Part shown: positions 53,801 through 64,000 of the stretch, piece after piece
How the letters are laid out: each line of letters starts with the position of its first letter
How positions within the stretch are numbered: the stretch's first letter is position 1
Assembly (NCBI GenBank): GCA_030390025.1
Contig: CM059440.1
Span: 1,488,001-1,552,000 of the forward strand
Source of the DNA: Squalus acanthias
Taxonomy: Eukaryota
DNA length: 64,000 nucleotides
Direction: 5' to 3'
Position numbers and translations under genes: made by a program
Notes under the pieces: generated by a model
What the model was told of the DNA's origin: nothing
What the model saw: the letters and a program-made list of their open reading frames with translations, nothing else
Database searches by the model: none

Positions 53801-55555
53801 TCTGCTAATCATTAACTTTAGTCAAATGAATTGTATAAATTGTGGATGAATTAAATTACCAATTTAAACAATTTGTTTTGTTTTACATTTACTTCGTCAA
53901 GATGACCTCGCACTAATCCATCACTTTAGTCCCAATGTCCTAACACGAATTGGAGATCCATTTCATTTAAGTTTCCGCAGTGAGTTAAACTGAACAGAAT
54001 CGGGCAATGTATCAAACTGGCTCGGGTGGTGAATTTATAAAAGTTAAAATAGTAAACGAATTCAGGATTATTTATGACTGTTCAGTTAATCACTTGCACT
54101 AAACCCTGTTTTTCACGCTATTTACGTGAAATTAAGTGAGATATTAAGGATGAAAAAGGTCCCCAGATCCAAACAAAGCCCTCATTTAAATTTATATTTC
54201 ATTAACTTGCCACATTGACTTCAAAACTCTTTAAGGATGAAGTTACGCTGCTATTTTTGTGCAAAGATTCAAATGGAGGATGATGAGGAGTTGAGTCAAG
54301 ACCTGCCTTCTGAGCTGAATAAAACCAGAGCTGTGAGAGGCAGGCTCAAATCATTGAACTCATACTGGGCAGTATAACTACAACCCAAGCGAAACCATAT
54401 TGGACCTCTTAAGGGCTTTAAAAATATATTGTTTTTGCACGACGACTCAGTCTTTATTATAACACGGGTATGGTAGTGTTGTGGTTGTGTTATTGGACTG
54501 GCAATCCAGAGAACGTGAGTTCATGTCCCACCATGGCAGTTTGCGAATTTGAAGTCAAGTTTAAGAAATATCTCGAAATTTTAAAAAAGGTGAACACCAA
54601 CCTATTGGATTGTAGTTTAAACAAACAACGGGTTCACTAATGTCCTTCGGGTAAGGAAACCTGGCTTATATGTGACTCCAGTCCCACAGAAACACGGTTG
54701 TCTCTTAACTGCCGTCTGAACATGTCCAAGGACTTTGGAGAGGAACAGAAGGTTAGAGATGGGGCAGTAGTTAGAAGGGCGGAGGCCTCGAGGATGTTAT
54801 TTTTTAGGTTTAAGTGTAGTCAGAAGTCAGATCCTGAGCTGACTCTCAGTTATACTCGACTTGAATCAATGTGCACTCAAAACTTTGCCGAAACACCAAA
54901 GAACAGGGTGACTCCAGTCTTCACAGATTTTGAAGTTAATGTGGCCAGTTAGTGAAACATAAACTAAATTAGAGCATAATACATTTATAAATAAGTGAAA
55001 AGTAAATTTAAGACCGATAATAGGGACAATTTGCTTCGTCAAAGAATGATAAATGGTTTAAATATTCTGCAGGTGGGTAACAGAGGCAACTATACTGGAG
55101 ACCTTCACAATGCAGGCTGATATAAAGATGCGAGAGTTTGGGAATTCCAGGGATCCAATGGCCTTTTCTGTATCTTGACTTGTGATCTCACCTCCCTCGC
55201 TCCCTTTTAATTTGTAAAGCTCTGAACTGTGTCAACAATCCCCAATAATGAAAGCATTAGAAAATGAACCAGTAATCAACACCTAGAGCTAATGGTTACA
55301 TTCTAGCTGCTATACAAGATGTTTACATCATACTTTATAAAACTTCAATATGTTATTGGTCTGATCCTCCCCTGATCCTCCCCGCACCCCCCCCCCCAAT
55401 AAATTCCACACACACAGCAGTAAAAAGCTTTATAGAACACTAGAGAATTATGTTACATCAAAGTACTTTCCATTTCTTAGTCTGTGCATTCCTTTTCGTC
55501 TTATTTTGCTGTTACATGTTAGGCAATTATATTAAATACATATTTAAAGTCTTTA

Positions 55556-56155
55556 TATAGAATCATAGAATGGTTACAGCACGGAAGGAGGCCATTCGGC
55601 CCGTCGAGCCCGTGTCGTCTCTCTGCAAGAGCACCTCAGCTAGTCCCACTCCCCCCCCCCCCCACTTTCCCCTAGCCCTGCAATTTGTTTTCCTTCAGGT
55701 ACTTATCCAATTCCCTCTTGAAAGCCATGATTGAATCTGCCCCCACCACCCTTTCAGGCAGCGCATTCCAGATCCTAACCACTCGCTGTGTAAAACAGTT
55801 TTTTTCTTACGTCGCCTTTGGTTCTTTTGCCAATCACCTTAAATCTGTGTCCTCTGGTTCTCGACCCCTCTGCCAATGGGAACAGTTTCTCTCTCTATCT
55901 ACTCTGTCCAGACCCCTCATGATTTTGAACACCTCTATCAGATCTTCTCTCAATCGTAATACAAAAGCAAAATACTGCGGATGCTGGAAATCTGAAATAA
56001 AAACAGAAAATGCTGGAAATACTCAGCAGGTCAGGCAGCATCTGTGGAGAGAGAAACAGAGTTAACGTTTCAGGTCGATGACCCTTCGTCAATCGTCTCT
56101 GCTTTAAGGAGAACAACCCCAGTCTATCCACGTAACCCAAGTCCCTCATCCCTGG
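55556..56155 (-). mobile_element. CR1 3' fragment with nested Penelope-type repeat (about 55955-56092)
   Basis: ATAGAATC tail; RLGLFSLKQRRL interrupted by the recurrent AAAACAGAAAATGCTGGAAATACTCAGCAGG repeat. Confidence 0.8.
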
Positions 56156-57644
56156 TTTAAGGTTTAACGGCCAACACTGTGTTTGAAAGCAACTTTTTTT
56201 GTATATACCATCTGACTTGACCCGTCTTCCTTTCACAGTACTGGCGGGAATAAAATAAATTTCCACGGGGAGTGGGTTGCAGAATTGCTCTGGTCGCTAA
56301 GTGCATCGTAAATGTATTCAAAAGAATGTGTTACCAAGTCACCGCACAACAACCAGAACCATTCCTCTGGTCGCTCCTTCCACCCCCAAAAACTCCATCT
56401 TCCTGCGGTAAAGGGCCATTAGAAGCTAAATTTAATCTGGGCTTTTAATTTAGAAAATGGCTTTTTAGAATTAACATAAAATTTGTCCTTCAGTATTAAT
56501 TAAGGATCAGTTTTAATTTTTTGCCATGATTCCCCTAAAAACTAAACACCAGATCCCATGAACGATCTGCGGAAAAATATTTGAATATTTTCCACACTTT
56601 CCTGCCAGAATATTTGCATCTGCCGACAGTAATATTTCCCATGTGCCAGAGCCTGGTTCTCTTGGTGCATAAAGCAGGCAGACTAAGTCACAGTGAATTC
56701 TGCAGTATATTAACTTAACCCTTTCGTACCGTTTAATGTCTTTTAAAATAATTTCCGTTAACTCACTCAGTTGTGCTTTAGATTGGCTTTCTCTGTATAT
56801 ACAATCACCAATATTACTTTATCCAATACTTTATATAAAGTTTCCAAACAAGGAAATAACAACTTCATTAGATGCCAGTATTCCTGGAATTTCTTGATCT
56901 AATTTTTGCAAATTTCAAATTTTGCATTAAATCCGTCACCGTTAATAATCTGAAGCAAATAAAATGACAACAGTTTCCTAAAAGGTGATTAAACTTCAAA
57001 GGTTCGGGTTGCTAGCTTGTGTCGTGGTTTTCTGATAGTTTACCAATTCCGACTTAACTTTGGATAATGTTAATATCGGCACATCCTTAAGGTGATATCT
57101 GTGGCCTTTTACAGGTCTTCAATTATTCAGGGGTTGGTCATTACCTTTTAACAGAGCTGTCTGATGTAGACTAATCCTCAATACATTCCATTCAATTTTC
57201 TCAAAAAATGGCAATAAAAAGGACACTACAATTTATAAATAAAGCGTAACATCTGAACGCAGTGCTTGAATGAGAAAAATGGTCTTATGTGAAAAGCCGG
57301 AATATATCCCCACAGTTGGGAAAACGATTAATTTGCCGCATCAGATACTGAACACCTACATGTGTCAAACTGTAAAGTTTGAAAGCATTTCTGTGAGAAT
57401 GCCGATGCAATATTTTACCAAAATTAGTTATAATACTTCATTGGCTGTAAAGCGCTTTGGGAGGTCGTGAAAAGAGCGTCATTTAAATGGAAGTCTTTCT
57501 ATAAACCTTTGTCTGGAAGGAATACTCGACCAAATGGTTTCTAATGTCGACAACATTCCGTTGGAGCGCCACCATTTCTTTCATTGCAAGTTTTTCTTTT
57601 CAAAACTGTTTTTCTGCTCACTGATGATGTTTTAATATTTCCAG

Positions 57645-57965
57645 ATCACACAAGCACTGCCCCCTCTGTGTTCCTGCTGCCGCCCCCTGCTGCAGATATC
57701 CAGGGAGGGGAAAATGCAAGCCTTGGCTGTTTGTTGACATCCTTTTACCCGGATTCTCTGGTTGTCACCTGGAATGCGTCCAGCCATTCACTGATCCGAG
57801 GGGATCCTCTGCAATTTGGTGCGGCCGTGGGGGAAGATGGCTATTACAGCCTCGTCAGTCAAATGACGACCTCGGTAAAAAGCTGGGACGATGGAAACTC
57901 ATACACCTGCCAAGCGGATATGCCTCACTCCATGAGAAATACATCAGTCATGTCAAAAGAGAAAG
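57645..57965 (+). CDS. Constant region exon 1, Ig C1-set domain
   Basis: PSVFLLPP...ASLGCLLTSFYP...VTW...YSLVSQM...W...YTC; AG/GT bounded, 321 nt, phase 1/1. Confidence 0.95.
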
Positions 57966-58457
57966 GTTGGTTTAAATTCTAAAATGACATTGCCTCACTA
58001 AATCTCCCTCTGCTAAAATAATGAGTGGTAATAAGGATAATATATAAAGCAAAGTCTTCCAATTACACGGGCACATACTAATATAATGTTAATATACGTG
58101 GCAAAATATATTTAGTACCATTTGGATTCTAGACCTCCCCAGCCATCTAACTCGATTTCAGTCATGCTGCCCGATCAGTTTGATCTTTGTGTTCGCGAGC
58201 TGAGATAGACTGGAATAGAGGACATAGAGGAACTGGGATACAACACTGGCAACGGGAAAGAGTTGGAAACACAGTTCAAGGCTCGTCCTCCAAATCCAAA
58301 AAACACTTTATTTAATCTCTTATATTATCTCTTTGTTAATGTTTGTTATTTTTCAAGCTTTGGACGCTTTCCTCAAATAGAAAAGGAAAGTTTTGGACAC
58401 TTTGCTCACTGATGAACCACGCTGTGTAATTATTACTTTCTTTGTAAATTCTTACAG

Positions 58458-58502
58458 CCCAACAACTGCAGAAGGAATGTCTCCAGGTGAACTCTGATGA
58501 CG
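58458..58502 (+). CDS. Constant region exon 2, connecting peptide AQQLQKECLQVNSDD with putative interchain Cys
   Basis: TTCTTACAG acceptor, G/GTACGT donor, 45 nt, phase 1/1, single Cys as in TCR hinge exons. Confidence 0.85.
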
Positions 58503-60174
58503 GTACGTTACAGGTTCATATTCTAAACAACGATATCTATTTCAAATCTTTCATCTTCACCTCAAAGCAGTTTATAAATAGTAGAATCTCGAATATCGCG
58601 CGTTTGGTAACTAGGCGATAAAAGTGAACATTTCAAATTAACACGAAGGATTACACAAAGAATTCGAGAAATTGAGGTAGCGACCAGAACTCGAATATTC
58701 CTTTCTTCTTGCGTTGTTGCGCGTACCTTAGTTATTGGGAATGAAAAGCCTTTCTAAATCACACATACACATACTTTCTCTCTTATTATTAATCATTCTG
58801 GAGATATGGGCATCGCTGGCAAGGCCAGCAGTTATTGCCCATCCCTTACTGCCCTTGAGAAGGTGGTGCTGAGCCGCCGTCTTGAACGGCTGCAGTCCGT
58901 GTGGTGAAGGTGCTCCCACAGTGCTGTTAGGGAGGGAGTTCCAGGAATTTAACCCGGAGACCATAAAGGGCCCATATATGTCCAAATCGGGATGGAGCAG
59001 GGGAGTACACGCGATGTCCTGGCCAATATTAATCCCTCAACCAACACCTAAAAAAGACACAAACCGGTAGATATCACATTGCTGTTTGTGGGACCTGACC
59101 TCAGATTGTCTGTCGCTTTTCCTACATTACAACAGTGACTACACTTCCAAAGTACTTCATTGGCTGTAAAGCGCTTTGGGAGGCCCTGAGATCGTGAAAG
59201 GCGCTATATAAATGAAAGTCTTTTTTATTACTAGTGTTCCTATTTTATCATAAATTTACCAAAATATTTGCCTAATCCTATATGACGCCTAAAGCGATAG
59301 CGAGGAAAACGCAGCAGCTGTAGAATGGCGGTTGTGGATTGAGAAAACCCGAGAAAACATAACTGTGGTCCTTTGCTCAATGAGTAAAACTAATTCAAAG
59401 TAATGAGTGTTTATTACAATACTTTAATCTGGAGGCTAATTTACTGGTTGGTACCAAACAGTACCATTTCACTGAGTCTTTTCAGGGTTCATCCTGAACA
59501 CTGTCTCCAACTGTGACCCATAATGCTGCCTTCACACAATATAACCAGAATGGCTCCTTTTTACTTCAGTCAATGTGAAGGTGAAGCTTTGGTTAGTCTA
59601 GAGCTTCACCTTCACATTGACACAAACTATGTGGTGTGATTCAAACTTCATTTTTAGTTGTTTTTTAGTGTTAGCCCAGCAAACCTTTTAACGTTAAAAT
59701 TCAACTGGTATTTGAAGAACATTGAGCAGAACTATACATGACATGTCCATGTTTCCACTGGCTAAACGGACACCTGGAGCTGGCAGTATATCCCGAGTCT
59801 GTTGGCTGTGAGCTGCTCTATCCCGCCAGCTATAGTGTAACCATGCTCTTAGAGTGGGGCGAGCTAACCGGGCCAGTCCCACAACAAGCTAATTGCAGCT
59901 TTGCGCATGAGTGCTTCAAAGACATGCAGAGTTCATCTCAGGATACTGGTGAAGTTTTCCAATTAGTGAAGAGGGGTCCCCTGTGGGCTCCTTGTTAACA
60001 TTGGGCCGATTCCCTGGAAGCTTTTAAACCTTAATTGTTAAAGTTCGTTTCACACTGAGCAACGGTTGTAGTGTAACTGTTGGAAACCCAGCTACTGTGA
60101 GATTGTCATGAGATATTTGGGGTTGCCAACTCTCCAGGATTGCCCTGCAGTCTCCAGGAATTTGTTTTAAATTC

Positions 60175-61198
60175 GTATATGTGATGTGGGCGTCGCTGGC
60201 AAGGCCAGCATTTATTGCCCTTCCCTAATTGCCCTTGAGAAAGTGGTGGTGAGCCACCTACTTGAACCGCTGCAGGCCCTGTGGTGAAGGTACTCCCACA
60301 GTGCTGTTAGGGAGGGAGTTCCAGGATTTTGACCCAGCAATGATGACGGATCAGCCGATATACTTCTAAGTCAGGATGGTGTGTGACTTGGAGGGGAACT
60401 TGGAGGTGGTGGTGTTCCCTTGCACCTGCTGCCCTTGTCCTTCTAGGTGGAAGAGGTCGTGGGGTTGGGAGGTGCTGCCGAAGAAGCCTTTGCGAGTTGC
60501 TGCAGTGCATCTTGTAGATGGGTACACACTGCAACCATGGTGCGCTGGTGGTGGAGGAGTGAATGTTTAAGGTGGTGGATGGGATGCCAATCAAGTGGGC
60601 TGTTTTGTCCTGGATGGTGTCGAGCTTCTTGAGTGTTGTTGGAGCTGCACTCATCCAGGCAAGTGGAGGGTATTCCATCACACTCCTTGTAGATGGTGGA
60701 AAGGCTTTGGGGAGTCTGGAGGTGAGACACTCACCACAGAATACCCAGCCTCTGACCTGCTCTTGTTGCCACAGTATTTATGTGGCTGGTCCAGTTAAGT
60801 TTCTGGTCAATGGTGACCCCCCAGGATGTTGATGGTGGGGGATTCGGCAATGGTAATGCCATTGAATGTCAAGGGGAGGTGGTTAGACTCTTGCTTGTTG
60901 GAGATAGTCATTGCCTGGCACTTCTGTGGCGTGAATGTTACCTGCCACTATCAGCCCAAGCCTAAACATCATCCAGGTCTTGTTGCATGCGGGCATGGAC
61001 TGCTTCATTATCTGAGAAGTTGTGAATGGCGCTGAACACTGTGCAGTCATCAGCGAACATCCCCATTTCTGACCTTATGTTGGAGGGAAGGTCATTGATG
61101 AAGCAGCTGAAAATGGTTGGGCCTAGGACACTGCCCTGAGGAACTCCTGCAGCGATGTCCTGGGGCTGTGATGATTGACCTTCAACCACCACAACCAT
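60175..61198 (-). mobile_element. CR1/L2-group LINE RT fragment (related 3' piece at about 58800-58990)
   Basis: GVPQGSVLGPTIFSCFINDLP...MFADD. Confidence 0.85.
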
Positions 61199-61541
61199 TG
61201 AAGATTAATCTCCTGGTCACTGCTGCGAGAAACCTGGGAGAAGGAATTGTGTGTTTGTTTTTCATTTTTTTTGAACACTTATTTATTAGTTCTAAAAATA
61301 TTGGAGATGAGGAAGAAAGGCTGTTTGACCGGGCGGGACGATTGGAGGCAGGAGATCATGTGATGAAACCTGCAGGAATATGTCTCACCATAGTTGGGAG
61401 CCTACCAGTTATCCAAGGAGACACTGTGGTGTAACTCCTCCCTGACACAACTGGTTTTACATAAACCAGGTCTTTTTTCACCATGATGGTTTTAATGTTC
61501 TGAATTTTGCACTAACACATTTTGTTTTCTTTCTATCAAAG

Positions 61542-61651
61542 ACGAGGTGCCCCGTTCACTTACAGTAATTATATTCTCCTTGCGAATCCTCTTTCTTAAA
61601 TCTTTGGTTTTCAACGGTTTGATGACTTCAGCCATTTGGGTCTCAAACTAA
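61542..61651 (+). CDS. Constant region exon 3, transmembrane DEVPRSLTVIIFSLRILFLKSLVFNGLMTSAIWVSN*
   Basis: Hydrophobic stretch with R-x4-K and FN..MT...W motif typical of TCR alpha/delta TM; stop at 61649-61651, donor GTAAAG at 61653. Confidence 0.92.
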
Positions 61652-61980
61652 GGTAAAGCTCAACATTTTAATCTTTTCACATATTCACCATAAACAGAGT
61701 TTCTGAACATAACACTTCAAATTGTTGAGAGCTGAACTATAAAACTTACCTCAACTATTAAAATCTGTTGTGAGAGGACATTTACTTTTTCTGCAGTGGA
61801 CAATTGAGTGCAAAACTCTCGAATATATCATTACAAATATTTAAAATGAACATTTCTGAACAAACAGTGAACAAATGTGTTATATTTTACAAGCTCTCTG
61901 ATTATATTACAAGTCACTTGAATTTCTTTATATATTGATGTATTTTAATTTATAATCGCTGTTTAATTAATTTTTTTCAG

Positions 61981-62400
61981 GGAATTGCCCGCGATGAACC
62001 TTTGCCATTGAATATTTCGACATGTTTTTATTTCTTTATACATCAGATTTGTCAATTTGAGGGTTGATTCTTCAGTCTGTTTCAATATACTTTAACAATA
62101 TTGCACTTCTGATCTGTGTTTAAGAAGTATTGAAGACGAATGCTCATTTTTTAAAGATTGATATAAATGTTTAGATGAATTGTCTGTTGGTAGATATTGT
62201 TAAAACTAACATTGAAGTTATATTTTATGAAAATCTCTGCATAATATTGTTGCTATAAAAGATATGTTGAGCATTTTTTCAATTTCTAAATAGTAAGTCA
62301 CAGGTGGATTTAGTTTTAAAATATATATATTATTTTCTAGTCAATAGAGAAGCATAATTTTGTAAGTACTGTAAACATTTCTGCAACTGTGATACAAATT
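61981..62400 (+). other. Probable untranslated exon 4 (3' UTR) of the constant gene; 3' end uncertain
   Basis: Strong TTTTTTTTCAG acceptor ending 61980, downstream of the post-stop donor; AT-rich; no clear AATAAA located. Confidence 0.6.
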
Positions 62401-62554
62401 GGAAATATCCATTCTAAAGCAGAAACATTCATAATCCTTTAATATTGGAAATGTTGCACGCTCACATTCTAATGATAGATATTCTGGATCATGGAACAAA
62501 TCTTTTTAGTCACAAATGTACGTTGATGTTCCAGAACACATGTTTTGTGTTATA

Positions 62555-62950
62555 TAACAACTTGCATTTATATAGCACTTTTAATGTAGGAAAACATCCC
62601 AAGGTGCTTCACAGGAGCGCAATCAAACAAAAAATTGACACTGAGCCAAATATTAACAACTAAAAGCTTGATAAAGAGGTAGGTTTTAAGGAGGGTCTCA
62701 AAGGAGGAGAGAGAGAGGTGAAGAGGTGAAAAGCTTTAGGGAGGGAATTCCAGAGCTTAAGGCCTAGACGACTGAAGGCACAGCTGCCAATAATGGACCA
62801 ATGGGAGTGGGGAGTGTGTAAGAAGTCAGAGTTGGAGGAACAGAGTTCTTGGAGAGTTGTAAGGCTGGAGGAGGTTACAGAGGTAGAAAAAGGTGAGGCC
62901 AGAGAGGGATTTGAATATGAGGATGAGAATTTAAAATTTGAGGCATTTTT
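62555..62950 (-). mobile_element. L2-type LINE 3' end
   Basis: Similar to 48120-48520. Confidence 0.75.
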
Positions 62951-64000
62951 CGACCTGGAAAGGAAACTTTCTGAACACTGCTAATCCTGGAAATGAAGGC
63001 ATCGATTGCCATTTTTCTGAATAAACTTTATTAGATTATATTTTTTGTTTTGGACAGTCCACAAATTTCTTTGAAGCTCTATTTTGTACAAAAAACTGAA
63101 TTTACCCGTACTTTCCTTCAGTATTATCGATAGCTGTTCCTTCAACACTCCATTAAATTCAATGTCAGGAGTCGGTGTGTTTCCTTGTGCCATAGTGTAT
63201 TAGTGTATAACATTAAAGCTTAGATCTGTGAAATGGGCTTTATGTATTATTTAAAGCAAATAAAATGGGGACATAACCCATGCTGTGGTACTGTACTGTG
63301 TAGACCAAAAGGTCCTAGGTTTGATTGCCGGTCTCTGTGCTACAATTGCCAGGATGTGTGTGTATATCCAGTTAAGACAGAATGGGCTGCGATGCGCACA
63401 TTCATTGACCAGACTCTCACATGAAGATTGGCCACTTCGGTGAGGTTCCAGAGAACACCCAACAAAAATCAGGAGAGATGGGGAACAAAGGGTTGGCCAA
63501 AATTCTAAAAGAAAAACAATGTCAGCATTATATTTTTCCAAGCTGTATGCATTCAAATTATATCCCATTGATAGAAACACTAGAGAAACATCAGCTGCAA
63601 GAGTATCTGTACAGATGATCTGGCCCCTAAGGATCCTTTCCAGCCCTGGATGATGACAGGAATCATCCAAGCTAGGAAAATGCAGTTCTGGTTGGGAGAA
63701 CAACAGTGCCCACCTGGTACTGAAGACTCCTGCCTTTCATACATCCCCATCATTCAGAGCTGGAAAAATAAGGCAGATATGCAGGAGTTTCCTTTCGAGC
63801 TGCGCCAGGTCCATTTGTGACTGGAGAGTCAGCCTAGATTTTGTGCTCAAGTCTCTGGAGTGGGACTTGAACCCATAACCTTCTGACTCAGAGGCGACTG
63901 TACTACATTGAGATTTACTGAGTTTACACACTAATCTTATATCTGCTTAATGCTCACAGCCAATGCTGAAAACAGATTACAAATGCCCACATGGTTTTCA

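Noticed and set aside
8579-61652. Calling the locus simply TRB, or an IgL/IgH cluster
   Set aside because: TRB is contradicted by the Arg+Lys TM, absence of the canonical D-beta core and the 23-RSS J. IgL has no D or TM. IgH would need several C domains, a WGxG J and a different TM.

Overview
Eukaryotic genomic DNA, very probably from a cartilaginous fish (shark-type CR1, L2 and SINE repeats, Penelope and Harbinger elements). The window holds what looks like a complete, compact rearranging T-cell-receptor-like locus on the + strand. It has six intact leader+V genes in two families (order A-B-A-B-A-A, all with 22/23-spacer RSS), two RSS-flanked D segments, a single very short J with a 23-spacer RSS, and a four-exon constant gene (C1 domain, Cys-containing connecting peptide, TM, untranslated last exon). 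The 3' end of a trypsin-like serine protease gene lies upstream. The parts do not fit one known chain: Vs and promoter are TCR-beta-like, J/TM/exon layout are TCR-alpha/delta-like, the C domain is full-length and Ig-like, and the RSS code (V23, D2 12/12, J23) is IgH-like. D2 and J together read as one J-alpha-like segment (GGNSKLIFGSGT) interrupted by a 252-bp RSS-bounded insert with an AAG repeat on both sides. This suggests a D segment created by RAG-type transposition. No database comparisons were possible, so family assignments rest on motifs and recalled consensus sequences.
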